Assembly: GCF_963921235.1 (NCBI RefSeq) | Contig: NC_086109.1 | Span: forward strand, 1,862,001-1,926,000 | Origin: Mobula hypostoma | Lineage: Eukaryota | DNA length: 64,000 nt | Reading direction: 5' to 3' | Notes under the pieces: generated by a model | Databases searched by the model: none | What the model saw: the letters and a program-made list of their open reading frames with translations, nothing else | What the model was told of the DNA's origin: nothing | In this document: positions 51,240 to 63,719 of the stretch, in pieces | How the letters are laid out: the number at the start of each line of letters is the position of its first letter | Position numbering within the stretch: the first letter of the stretch is position 1 | Made by a program: the position numbers and the translations under genes

Positions 51240-52100
51240 TGTTATATACCTCATGGATATCTTGTGACTGTCTTATGAGGATGATGTAATGGTCTTGTAG
51301 AGGTCACATGATGTAAGTTTCCCGCCGATGTGAGGTCACGTGATAATCGGGTATAAAAGGAAGACCCCTGCTGACGCAACTAGTTTCTGTTCAGATCGTC
51401 AGACAGCTACTTCGCTACGCTGCATATTTGACCCATGATGTCATATGATTTTAAAACGGTGTTTTACTGTCTATTGTAAGGTACGGAAGTGTTGGGCCGG
51501 CAGTTTCACCAATAACTGCCAGATTTGTTGATGTACCTTTTCAGTAGTATTGGACAGTGAAGACAGGAACCTGAAGGAGTCGTTTGGTGGTTTTGGAGTG
51601 GATCGACCATTATCAAATTCGTTCAAGAAAGAGTGACCTGCATAAGATAACCTCTGCTAAAGCAGAGAAGGTTGTGCAGTATCTAGTCTACAGAGGAAAA
51701 AGGTCAGTAGGTCAGTGCCTTTAAACCATTTTATTTCCATTGTCGTGAATCCTGCGGACAAGGCAGGTTCCGGCTGGGATCAGCAGTAACATTGTGTCTT
51801 CGAGGAATTCTTTACTTCAGGAAAGTCTCTCCTAATTGACTGTCTAAATCTCTTGGACTTTCAAATTTACCATCCTAAGAACTGTGTTCTAATTTACCAC
51901 TTTAAGACTGTGTTCACATTTACCACTTTAAGAACTAGTACTGAGTTTGGCGGTTTGTTAAATGGCCGCATAGCAGTTTACTTCTGGTTAAGGTTTTCAT
52001 TTATTTATCTTTTTACTAATTTTGAGCAGAGTTTAATAAATTTTTATTTGTTTATAAAACCTGACTCATTTCTATATTCATTGTTGCTGGTCACATGACA
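51240..52100 (+). repeat. 3' LTR of Gmr1-like element
   Basis: TGTTATATACCTCATGG...ATGACA, immediately after the PPT. Confidence 0.93.
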
Positions 52101-52655
52101 CTCTATCCTTCTCTATCAACTCCTTCAAATCCCTCTCCCTTATTTGCCCTTCCACTCTCTCCTACCCTCTCGAAATACACCCACCCTTCCACCTGCAGTT
52201 CACTGCCTCCTACCAACCCTTCTGCCCTCCGGGTCCTATACCCTGTCACTCTCAGATTGCAGATCTTACCAGTTCTGTTCCAATTTCCTCCATTTCAGCA
52301 CCTCAAGTCCCCCTCTGCTCCTCAGACGAGCCCACTATTTTCTCTGCCTCCCTTCTTCATTTGCTCTGCCCTCTTTCTCTGCTGCAAATCCTACTCTTCA
52401 TCCTTCCCTCCTTTCCCCATTCTGACTTTCACACTTTCCCTCTCTTGTATTTTCTACCACTCCTAATCTCTGCACACCTCTCCCCATCCACCCTCCATAT
52501 ATTTCCCTCCTCTCAACTCTCCTGCAACCTCTCCTCTCTGCCTTCTGTCACTCCTTCCCTCCATCATCTCTCCCCAACTGTTCCTCCTTGTTCCTCTCTC
52601 TCGACTCCATACCTCATCCCCTCTGCTTTCCATTCAACCTACCCACCCACCTGTG
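52101..52655. repeat. C/T-rich low-complexity tract
   Basis: Strong pyrimidine skew. Confidence 0.8.
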
Positions 52656-52944
52656 TGTAGAGATGGGGGGGTCTCTGCTAGAACCGGGAGAAAGGGGAGG
52701 TAAGAAGGGGAAGAGTGGAGGGGTGGCTGATGGGGGATGGAGAGAAGGGAAGAGACGACAGGGAATCATTCAGCCTTGTGCCTCTGGCTTCTGTTCTGGC
52801 GACAAAGAGCTGATTATCGACTGGAGGAGGAAGAAACCATGAGCCAGTCCTCATCGGCAGATCAAAGGTGTCAAGGGACAAAGAGTTTAATTTCCCTGGT
52901 GTTATTTAAGAGGACCGGTCCTGCGTAACACGTAAGTGCAATTG

Positions 52945-53630
52945 TGAAGAGGGATCGGCAGCGCATTTACAAGAGTTTACAAAGATTCAGAATCACATCT
53001 AAAAACTTAACAAACTTCAATAAATGTGTCACGGACAGTATATTGACTGGCTGCATCACAGCCTGGTATGGAAACAGCAATGTAGTTGAATGGAAAATCT
53101 TAGAAAAAGGTAGTGTATACGGCCCGGCCATTATGGGTAGTGTGGTCCCACCATTAAGTACATTTACATGGAGTGTTGTTGCAGGAAAGCAGCATCCATC
53201 ATCAGAGACCCTCACATCCCAGGCCAAGCTCTCTTCTCGCTCTGCCATCAGGAAGAAGGTAAAGGAGCCTGAGGACTCAATGCTAGCTTCAGGAACAGTT
53301 ACTACCCCTCAACCATTGGGCCTTTGAACCAAAGGGGATAACTTCACTCACCCCATCATTGGAAAGTTCCCACAGCCTATGGGCTTACTTTCAAGGATTT
53401 TTCATTTCATTTTCTTGATACTTATTGCTTATTTATTACTTATTACTTCTTTCTTTTTGTATTTCTCACTAGTTGAACACCCATTTGGAACAGTCTTTCA
53501 TTGATCCTATCATGGTTAGTATTCTAATATGGATTTATTGAGTATATTGGCAAGAAAATGAATCTCAATGAATATTGTGATATATTTGTACTTTGATAAT
53601 AAACTTACTTTGAACATTAAACTTTGATTC
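52945..53630 (+). mobile_element. Rex1/Babar-like LINE 3' fragment
   Basis: LTNFNKCVTDSILTGCITAWYGN; AATAAA plus (ACTTTG)-type tail. Confidence 0.8.
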
Positions 53631-53653
53631 TAATTCCTGACTCAGACACTCTC

Positions 53654-53941
53654 CAGACTTGTGCAGTTTACAAAAATCCGCCAACTGGATCTGAGCTGTG
53701 TCCACACTGACAGGGTTCCTGGCCTCACATCTGTACACAACAGCTTCACTCTCTGCAGTGTGATGAATCTTCAGTGTCTCTCCGTGTCCCCAAAGGTGAT
53801 GGGTTCTGTCGTTCACCACAGTTTCTTCTCCCCTCCACCATCTGAAGCTGGTATTGTCACCAGAGTTCACAGAGCAGGTCAGGGTGAGCTCATAGGTCCC
53901 AGTGATGTTCTGAACTGTGATGTGTGTTCCTGACACTGGCT
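53654..53941 (-). pseudogene. C2-set Ig-domain exon of a CD2/SLAM (CD48/SLAMF/HEPACAM-like) receptor; donor non-canonical
   Basis: Acceptor TTTCATCTTTATCCAAACATCAG; 288 nt, phase 1-1, open: EPVSGTHITVQNITGTYELTLTCSVNSGDNTSFRWWR...TLKI...YRCEARNPVS...DFCKLHKS; followed by GAGAGT where GTGAGT is expected. Confidence 0.85.
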
Positions 53942-54229
53942 CTGATGTTTGGATAAAGATGAAACGTGAGTAAAGGAGGGTTTTGTGGACTCTTGATCCC
54001 CCGCTGTCCCTCACACTCCCAAATGTGGTTTAAGCCACTCCCCAATCACATCCACCCAGCAGTTTAACCCTTCCCTCAACATTCAGTTCAGCCAGTTGCT
54101 GTCGAAAGAAGTTCCCATGCATTCTGTGCCCTCTTTCCTGACCCCTCCCGACACACATCCATAAAAATATCCCCAGGGTCCTATTTATGGTGCTGTATCC
54201 CATCTATTCTCTACAATTCCAGCTCTGAC

Positions 54230-56210
54230 AAGTGAAGTCAGAGCCAAAGTTAAAGCAAAAGAGAGGGCATACAATGAAGCCAAAACTAGTGGCAAGATAG
54301 AGGACTGGGAAGCTTTTAAAAACTTGCAGAAGGAAACCTAGAAAGTCTTTGGGAAGGAAAAGATGGATTATGAATGAAACTGGCGACTAATATCAAAGAA
54401 AATATGAAAAGCTTATTTCATTATAGAAAGGGTAAAAGAGAGTTGAGGGTAGATATAGGACCAATAGAAAATGACACTAGAGATATTGCAATGAGAGACA
54501 CAGAGATAGCAGAGGAATTGAATGCATATTTTGCATCAGTCTTCACAGTGGAAGACATCTGCAATATACCTTTAAGATCGTCAGGGAAGTGAAGTATGTG
54601 CAGTAAAAATTACGACTGAGAAGGTGCTCAGGAAGCTTAATGGTCTGAGGGTGGATAAATCTCCTGGAGCTGATGGAATGCAGCCTCGGGTTCTGAAGGA
54701 AGTAGCTAGAGCGGTTGTGGAGGCATTAACAATGATCTTTCAAGAATCAATAGATTCTGGCATTGTACCGGATGACTGGAAAATTGCAAATGTTACTCTG
54801 CTATTTAAGAAGGGTGGACGGCAGCAGAAAGGAAATTATAGACCTGTTAGCCTGAAGTTGTTGGAATTGATAGTTAGGGATGTGATTATGGAGTAACTGG
54901 AGGCACGTGGCAAGATAGGCCAAAGCCAGCATGGTTTCCTGAAAGGAAAATCCTGCCTGACTAACCTACTGCAATTTTTGAGGAAATTACAAGCAGGGTA
55001 GACAAAGGAGATGCAGTGGATGTGGTGTACTTGGATTTTCAGAAGGCCTTTGACAAGGTGTCACACAGAAGACTGCTCAGTAAGATTAGAGCCCATGGAA
55101 TTACAGGGTGGAGCATTGGTTGATTGGCAGAAAGCAGAGAGTGTGAATAAAGGGATCCTATTCTGGTTGGCTGCTAGTTGCCAGTGGAGTTCCACAGAGG
55201 TCGGTGTTGGGATCACTGCTTTTTACGATGTATGTCAATGATTTGGACTATGGGATTAATGGATTTCTGGCTAAATTTGCTGATAATACAAAGATAGGTG
55301 GAGGAGCGGGTAGTGTTGAGGAAACAGAGAGCCTGCAGGGAAACTTAGATAGTTTACAGAAATGGGCAAAGAAACGGCAAATGAAATACAATGTTGGAAA
55401 GTGTATGGTCATGCACTTTGGTGGAAGAAATAAACGGAGAGACTATTATTTAGATGGGGAGAGAATTCAAGATGCAGAGATGCAAAGGGACTTGGGAGTT
55501 CTTGTGTAGGATACCCTAAAGGTTAACCTCCACGTTGAGTCGGTAGTGAAGAAGACAAATGCAATGTTGGCATTCATTTCTAGAGGTATAGAATATAAGA
55601 GCAGGGATGTGATGTTGAGGCTCTATAAGGCGCTCGAGACACCACATTTGGAGCATTGTGTGCAGTTTTGGGCTCTTTATTTTAGAAAGGATATACTGAC
55701 ATTGGAGAGGGTTCAGAGAAGATTCACAAGAATAATTCTAGGAATGAAAGAGTTACTGTATGAGGAACGTCTGGCAGCTCTTGGGCTGTATTCCCTGGAG
55801 TTCAGAAGAATGCGGGGGGATCTCATAGAAACGTTCTAAATGTTACAAGGCCTGAACAGATTAAATATGGCAAAATTATTTCCCATGGTAGGGGAGTCTA
55901 GGACAAGACAGCACGATTTCAGGATTGAAGGACATCCATTTAGAACAGGAAAGCAGAGAAATTACTTTACCCAGAGGGTAGTAAATCTGTGGAATTTGTT
56001 GCCACGAGCAGCTGTGGAGGCCAGATCACTGTGTGTAATTAAGGCAGATATATATAGGTTCTTGATTAGCCAGAGCATCAAGGGGTGTGGGGAAAAGGCA
56101 GGGGAGTGGGGATGACTGCAAGAATTGGATCAGTCATGATTGAATGGCGGAGCAGACTCGATGGGCCGAATGGCCTACTTCTGTTCCTATATCTTGTGGC
56201 CTTATGGACT
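54230..56210 (+). mobile_element. CR1 ORF2/3' fragment
   Basis: NAYFASVFT, DKSPGADG, NYRPVSL, KFADNTK motifs. Confidence 0.92.
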
Positions 56211-56864
56211 TTATCTTTTACCATTAAAGTGAGTGGTCCCAGTGTCCTTTCTATGCACAAATGTGACCCCCAGCCAGATATGAATCTGGTCCAAGAGCAG
56301 CAGCCCTGGGACTGGTAGGTCGAGATGCAGACAGGGACTGTGTGTGATGATCCAGAATGAACCTTGCACTGGACAGATCCTGGGTCTCACAGATCAGGGG
56401 TGTAAGCAGGAAGTGCAATGGTCCAATATTCATTGTTTAATTTTATTTCAGAGAATGCATACAGTATAGAACCTGAAATTACTACTCTTCATTGACATCC
56501 ACAAAACAGAAGGAAGCCCTGAAGCATGAATGCCAGGAAACATTAGAAACCAAAAGCACCTCCTTCCCCCCTCACATACCAGCAACAGCAAATCATCACC
56601 CCTCCTTCCTTGCCTTTCTCCCACTTGTTCCATCAGAAAGTATCAGCCCCACCAGAGCACCACCACCATGCAAGCTTGACACATGGTGACACCCCACAGT
56701 TTGACACCCCACAGGCTCTCTTTCGCTCACTAGCAAGGGAGGGAAGTATCAGCCCTGCCACATCCAGAGAGGAGGGAAACAGCCTGCTCTTTCAAAGCTG
56801 TAGACTGTCACATTGCTTTATTTCAAGCTCTCCTGACTCATGAGAATCCCTCCCCTCCTCTCAC

Positions 56865-57482
56865 CCCATCCCCTTCTCCCCATCCCCATCTCCTTTCACC
56901 CCTCTCACCTCTCCCCTCACCCCTCTCACCTCATCCCCCTCTCCCCATCCCTATCTCCCCTCACCCCATCTCCCCTCCCCATCCCCATCTCCCCTCACCC
57001 CTCTCACCTCATCCCACTCTCCCCATCTCCATCTCCCCTCACCCATCTCACCTCCCCCCTCACTTCATCCCCATCTCCCCTCACCCCTCTCACTTCATCC
57101 TCCTCTCCCCATCCCTATCTCCCCTCACCCCTCTCACCTCATCCCACTCTCCTCATCTCCATCTCCCCTCACTCATCTCACCTCCCGCCCCACCTCATCC
57201 TCATCTCTCCTCACCCCTCTCACCTCATCCCCCTCTCCCATCCCCATCTCCCCTCACCACCCTCATCCCTCTCACCCCATCCCCCTCTCCCCAACCCTAC
57301 CTCCCCTCACCCCTCTCACCTCATCCCCCTCTCCCATCCCCATCTCCCCTCAGCCCAGTCACCTCTCCCCTCATCAACCTCACCTCTCCCCTCACGCCTC
57401 TCACCCCATCCCTCTCTGCCCAACCCTATCTCCCCTCACCCACTCACCTCATCCCCCTCTCCCAATCCCCATCTCCCTTCAT
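56865..57482. repeat. C/T-rich degenerate minisatellite (left part)
   Basis: Units such as CCCCATCTCCCCTCACCCCTCTCACCTCAT; resumes at 59570. Confidence 0.9.
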
Positions 57483-57484
57483 TC

Positions 57485-59569
57485 CTGCTAGAGTGCAGAG
57501 TTTGTATGTTCCTGTCAGGATTAAAGGCAAATTGAATAGGAATAAGGAACCTTGGTTCTCAAGGGATATTGCAACTCTGATAAAGAAGAAGAGGGAGTTG
57601 TATGAAATGTATAGGAAACAGGGGGTAAATCAGGTACTTGAGGAGTATAAGAAATGCAAGAAAATACTTAAGAAAGAAATCAGGAGGGCTAAAAGAAGAC
57701 ATGAGGTTGCCTTGGCAGTCAAAGTGAAGGGTAATCCAAAGAGCTTTTACAAGTATATTAAGAGCAAAAGGATTGTAAGTGATAAAATTGGTCCTCTTGA
57801 AGATCAGAGTGGTCAGCTTTGTGCGGAACCAAAGGAAATGGGGGAGATCTTAAATAGGTTTTTTGCGTCTGTGTTTACTAAGGAAGCTGGCATGAAATCT
57901 ATGGAATTGAGGGAATCAAGTAGTGAGACCATGAAAACTGTACAGATTGAAAAGGAGGAGGTGCTTGCTGTCTTGAGGAAAATTAAAGTGGATAAATCCC
58001 CGGGACCTGACAGAGTGTTCCCTCGGACCTTGAAGGAGACTAGTGTTGAAATTGCGGGGGCCCTGGCAGAAATATTTAAAATGTCGCTGTCTACGGGTGA
58101 AGTGCCAGAGGATTGGAGAGTGGCTCATGTTGTTCCGTTGTTTAAAAAAGGATCAAAAAGTAATCCGGGAAATTATAGGCCGATGAGTTTAACGTCTGCA
58201 GTAAGTAAGTTATTGGAGGGAGTACTAAGAGACAGAATCTACAAGCATTTGGATAGACAGGGGAGATTAGGGAGAGTCAACATGGCTTTGTGCATGGTAG
58301 GTCATGTTTGACCAATCTGTTGGAGTTTTTCGAGGAGGTTACCAGGAAAGTGGATGAAGGGAAGGCAGTGGATATTGTCTACATGGACTTCAGTAAGGCC
58401 TTTGACAAGGTCCCGCATGGGAGGTTAGTTAGGAAAATTCAGTCGCTAGGTATACATGGAGAGGTGGTAAATTGGATTAGACATTGGCTCGATGGAAGAA
58501 GCCAGAGAGTGGTGGTAGAGAATTGCTTCTCTGAGTGGAGGCCTGTAACTAGTGGTGTGCCACAGGGATCAGTGCTGGGTCCATTGTTATTTGTCATCTA
58601 TATCAATGATCTGGATGATAATGTGGTAAATTGGATCAGCAAGTTTGCTGATGATACAAAGATTGGAGGTGTAGTAGACAGTGAGGAAGGTTTTCAGAGC
58701 CTGCAGAGGGACTTGGACCATCTGGAAAAATGGACTGAAAAATGGCAGATGGAGTTTAATACTGACAAGTGTGAGGTATTGCACGTTGGAAGGACAAACC
58801 AACGTAGAACATACAGGGTTAATGGTAAGGCACTGAGGAGTGCAGTAGAACAGAGGGATCTGGGAATACAGATACAAAATTCCCTAAAAGTGGTGTCACA
58901 AGTAGATAGGGTCGTAAAGAGAGCTTTTGGTACATTGGCCTTTATTAATCGAAGTATTGAGTATAAGAGCTGGAATGTTATGATGAGGTTATATAAGGCA
59001 TTGGTGAGGCCGAATCTGAGTATTGTGTTCAGTTTTGGTCACCAAATTACAGGAAGGATATAAATAAGGTTGAAAGAGTGCAGAGAAGGTTTACGAGGAT
59101 GTTGCCAGGACTTGAGAAACTCAGTTACAGAGAAAGGTTCAATAGGTTAGGACATTATTCCCTGGAGCATAGAAGAATGAGGGGAGATTTGATAGAGGTA
59201 TTTAAAATGATGATGGGTATAGATAGAGTGAATGCAAGCAGGCTTTTTCCACTGAGGCAAGGGGAGAAAAAAACCAGAGGACATGGGTTAAGGGTGAGGG
59301 GGGAAAAGTTTAAAGGGAACATTAGGGGGGGCTTCTTCACACAGAGAGTGGTGGGAATACGGAATGAGCTGCCAGACGAGGTGGTAAATGCGGGTTCTTT
59401 TTTAACATTTAAGAATAAATTGGACAGATACATGGATGGGAGGTGTATGGAGGGATATGGTCTGTGTGCAGGTCAGTGGGACTAGGCAGAAAATGGTTCG
59501 GCACAGCCAAGAAGGGCCAAATGGCCTGTTTCTGTGCTGTAGTTTCTATGATTCTATGGTTCTATGGTT
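57485..59569 (+). mobile_element. 5'-truncated CR1 inserted in the C/T tract
   Basis: Three long ORFs covering RT with two frameshifts; (TTCTATGG)n tail. Confidence 0.95.
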
Positions 59570-61655
59570 CCTCTCACCTCTCCCCTCACCCCTCTCACCT
59601 CATCTCCCTCTCCCCATCCCATTTCCCCTCACTCCTCTCACCCCTATCCCCATCTCCCCTCACCTCTCTCACCTCCCCCTCTCACCTCATCCCCATCTCC
59701 CAATCTCCATCTCCCCTCACCCCTCTCTCCCCAATCCCCTCAGCGCCTCTCCACTCCCTCCCATGCCCTCTCCTCTACAACATTCCCCTCCTCTTACACC
59801 TCCCCCTCCCCTCCCGCACTCCATCTCTCAACCCCTCTCCCCACTCCCCCCTCAACCCCTCTCCCTGCTCCCCTTCTCCCTCACACCCTCCCCCTCCTCT
59901 ACCCCATACTTCCTCTCCTCTCACCCCTATTTCCCTCTCTCCCTCTACACCCTTTCCTCACCCTCACTCCACCCTCTTCCCCCCAAGTCTCCACCCCACA
60001 CCTTTCACCCTCCGCCTCCCCCTCATCCTCTCCCTCCTGTCCTGTTTTCACCATCTCCCCTTCTCATCGCCTCCCCCACTCACCTATCCCCCGTCCCTCT
60101 CCCCCGTTCCACTCCACTCCAAACTCCCACACTGTCCCCATCCCTGCCCCCTCCCCCACTTCCCCTCCTCTCCCTCTTCCCTTCTCTCCTTCCCACTCTC
60201 CCCCACAACCACTCTCACTCCACACTCTTCATCTCTCACATCTCCAACAGTACCCCACTCTTCTCGTCTTCCTCCCTTACCCTCCCCTGCTTCCCCTTTC
60301 CCCCACTCTTTTCTTCTCTTCTCTTCTCTCCCCCACTCTCCCCCTCTCTCTTTCCCCACTTCTCCCTTCCTGTCTTCATCCCCTCTCCCCATCTTCTCCT
60401 TCACCCTCTCCCCGACTACCCTTCCCCATCCCCATTCTTCCCCCCTCTATTCCTCCTCGTCTACCCCCTTCGGCCATCTCTTCCCCCTCTCTCCCCTATC
60501 ACCCCTACCCCCTGACCTCCTCATCCCAAACTACCCTACCTCATCTTCCCCTTTCTGCCCACTCTCCCCTCTCTCCATCTCCCCCTCACCCCCACTCTCC
60601 TCTCTCTCTCCCTCTAGACTCCTCTCACTCCTCATCCTTCCTCTTTCTCCTCCCTGCCATTGCCCATTCTACCCCTCCCCATCTCTAATCCTTCTTGCCC
60701 ACTCTCCCCAAAAAGCTCCCCCTCTTCCTCCACCCCCAGTTCTCCTCTCACTCCTCACCCCCTCTTGCCCATCTCCCTCCTCTCTCACCTCTCTCCCTCA
60801 CACTCCCACTTCCCCTTCCCCTCCCCTAATCTCCTCTCTCTTTCCCTCCCTCACTCTCCCCACCCTGCTCTCACCCTCTCCTCCCACCCTTACTCCCCCT
60901 CTTCCCCTCTCTCTCTCCCCTCCACACTCTCCCACCCCTCCACGCTCTCCCTCTCCCCCTTTCCCTCCTGCACCATCTCCTTCATCTGCTTCTCTCTCTC
61001 TGCCATCGACCGCCACTCCTCCGCTCCCCTTCTTCTGCTCCCCACTCTGCACTCTCCCCAAACCCCTCTGCCCTTCCACCTTCTCCCATCTCCCACTCCC
61101 CTACTCTCTTCTATCACCACTACCCCATTCACACCTGCCCTCTCTTCCCCTCCCCTCCCCTTTCCCCATCTCCACCTCTTCCTTCTGCCCCATCTCCCTC
61201 CTCCCTTTCTCCTCACTGCACCCCCAGTTCTCCACTACTGACACTCTTCCCATCCCTACTTTCCCACTCCCCTCCCCTCCTACTCTCCCCCTCAATCTTT
61301 CTATCTCTCCGCTCCCCTTCCTCCTTCCTCTATCCCCCTCAACGCTTCCCCCACAGTCTCTTCTCCTCCCCTACTTTCCCCCTCCCTCCCCAATCCTTTC
61401 TCTCCCCACCCCCTCTCCCCTTACCCCTTCTCCCCTCTCCTGCCTTCCCCCTCTCCCCTTCTCCCTTTTCCTCTCCCTGTTCCCCTCCCACCTCTCACTA
61501 TCCACTCACTCCCTGTCCCCTTCCTCTCTCCCCCTTTCTCCCACTTCCCCTACATCCCCTCCTCTTCCCACTCTCCCACTGCTTCTCTCCCCCCCACCCA
61601 CTCTCCACCCCTCCTTCTCCACCCCCCCCCTTCCTTCCCTCTGCCCTCTCCCTCC
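59570..61655. repeat. ~2.1-kb polypyrimidine/polypurine tract
   Basis: Almost no G on the + strand. Confidence 0.95.
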
Positions 61656-61919
61656 TGGGCTGAACGTGTCTGTACCAGCCGACCTGGGCAAGTGAACGGG
61701 GTAAGGAGGGAGCTCTCCAGTCGGAGCAATTAAAGTCGGTCACTGTCCCTTCAGATTTACAGCCTTACCCTCCTGATCTTCCAGCCATTGGTTCCCCCAT
61801 GCACTCCCTCAAATCACTCCCTCAAACCTCACAAAGCTGAAATTCTCTGCCATATTCTGCTGCTCACTCAGAAACTCTGTCTCCTTGCAGTTAAATCCTC
61901 CTGTCTTCAGTTTTGTCCT

Positions 61920-62400
61920 TCAGGACGGCAAGAGGTCCCAAGCAAGCCCACGATTCATAAACGCTGAGGTAGTGGAAAGGGTCTCTAGTTTCAAGTTTTT
62001 GGGGATGAATATCATTGAGGAGTTTTCTTGGTCCATCAACACAGCCTCGATAGTAGGGAAGGCACAATGGTGCCTACACTAATGGAGGTGTTAAAGGAGA
62101 GCTGATCTGCCTGAAGAATTGCCGGCCATCTTTTATCAGTGTGTAATGGAGAGCATACTGACATACAGAATGACAGTGTGGTACTCTCGCTGCAGCAAGA
62201 CAGATCACAAAGCACAGGTGATTGGGAACGCTCAGCACATCATTGCGACTCAACTACCAGACCTGGAGACAACCGACAACTCTCGATGCCTACAGCATGT
62301 TTGTAACATCATTACAGACCCATCCCATCCCGGACACTGTCAGTTCAATCTTCCATCCGGTAGGAGATAGAAACATCTTAGCCAAGACAGGAAGACTGAA
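61920..62400 (+). mobile_element. Rex1/Babar-like LINE C-terminal fragment
   Basis: VERVSSFKFLG, FYQCVMESILT..VWY, DPSHPGH..F.LPSGRR. Confidence 0.82.
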
Positions 62401-62491
62401 TTAAAAATTACAAATTCCTGAGGGAAATATCTGTTTTGCATGCACTGGAGTAGCACCAAAGTCTCGTTGTCCTGAGCAATGAGCAATGAGG

Positions 62492-63157
62492 AGAAGATGG
62501 CGGCACGAGGGCAGCGCGCGCAGCCACTTTGGTGGTGGTGACTGTTATCTGTCAAGTAGGGGACCGTACACAATTCTGATTTGATGGAGACGGACGTGAG
62601 AGTACAGAGGAACATCTGGAAAACTTCTGAAATGCCCGCTTCGCTCGCTGCTACTGTGTGGTAACTGGAATCTCTGGAGCAGAAGGCCCCGAAATCCTTG
62701 GCTTTGTTTGTTTCAGCGGCCGGGGAGAGGTCGAAGACGCTCAGCAGAGGATGGCGCTCGGGAGGCTGTATCGGAGAGGCTGGTCGGAGGCTCGAAGTTT
62801 TCGGACGGATGGGGTCGGCTGCTTCCAAGGCATCGGCAAGTTGACGGTGCCTGGAGGTTTATGGCAGGGAGTTTTTCCCTTTTGATGCCTGTTGTCGGGG
62901 ACTTGGGAGTCGATCGACTCGGGGACTTTAGAGACTTTATTTACCGTGCCCATGGTTTGTTCTTCATCAAATTATGGTATTGCTTTGCACTGCTGTAACT
63001 ATATGTTATAATTATGTGGTTCTGTCAGTGTCAGTCTTTGGTTTGTCCTGTTTTCTGTGATATCACTCTGGAGAAATATTGCATTATTTCTTAATGCATG
63101 TATGCATTTCTAAATGACAATAAAAGAGGACTGAGTGTTCTCATAACCTAATCTAAT
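62492..63157 (+). mobile_element. Non-coding retroposon-like element (CpG-rich head, AATAAA plus short tandem tail)
   Basis: Begins AAGATGGCGGC (YY1-like), ends AATAAAAG...CTAATCTAAT. Confidence 0.5.
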
Positions 63158-63719
63158 GACAAAAAAGTCCTCTGAGCTTGTTGAGAGCTCCACTCTGGAT
63201 CGGATCATCCTGGGAGCATCGTGCACACTTCCAGTCTGCAATACTTCACATTTATCAGGATTAAATTCCATCTACCATTCCTCTGCCAAGTTTACCAGCT
63301 GCTCCCTTAGGATCTAAAACTCTACCAAGTTTCATGCCACTGTACAGTTACCTCTCATACCTCGTATGCAGAGCAGTGTGGTAAGAGTCAAGGTACTGAT
63401 CCCTATAGCACACCCTGGGTCACAGGGTTCATGTCTCCAACATAATCCTCCATCTCCCTCAGCCTTTGATTTGCAGGTGTGTGGTTGTGTCCGTGTACTG
63501 TGTCACTCACTGGGACGCTATATTCAGTGTAATTAATACACAGGGTATTACTCTGCACAGCACAGCATGAAGGCTGAGGAATAAAAATCTTGCTGAGCTC
63601 AGACCTCAGTCTGGGCAATTAACAAGCAGTGCCCTGGGAAACCGAGATCCCTGAACATGACCGACCAGGCCTTTGACTGGGGGCTACAGTGGGATCTGTT
63701 GAACTGTGATCCACGGATA

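Larger units (their letters stand above)
46112..52100 (+). mobile_element. Gmr1-like Gypsy LTR retrotransposon, both LTRs present, coding region decayed
   Basis: LTRs 46112-46983 and 51240-52100; PBS TGGGGGCTCGTC (tRNA-Pro type); PPT GGAGGGAGG; flanks TTCT/CTCT; gag from 47113 with SCAN-like region and CCHC knuckle, protease, integrase (~49090-50090), then RT (~50380-50900). Confidence 0.93.

Noticed and set aside
56220..56430. Unique sequence as the missing IgV exon
   Set aside because: No Cys/Trp/DxGxY pattern or convincing splice sites in the frames I could read.
59436..61695. 750-, 374- and 359-aa Pro/Ser/Leu-rich ORFs
   Set aside because: Stop codons are scarce in C/T-only DNA; the ORFs start inside a CR1 tail and are open in several frames.
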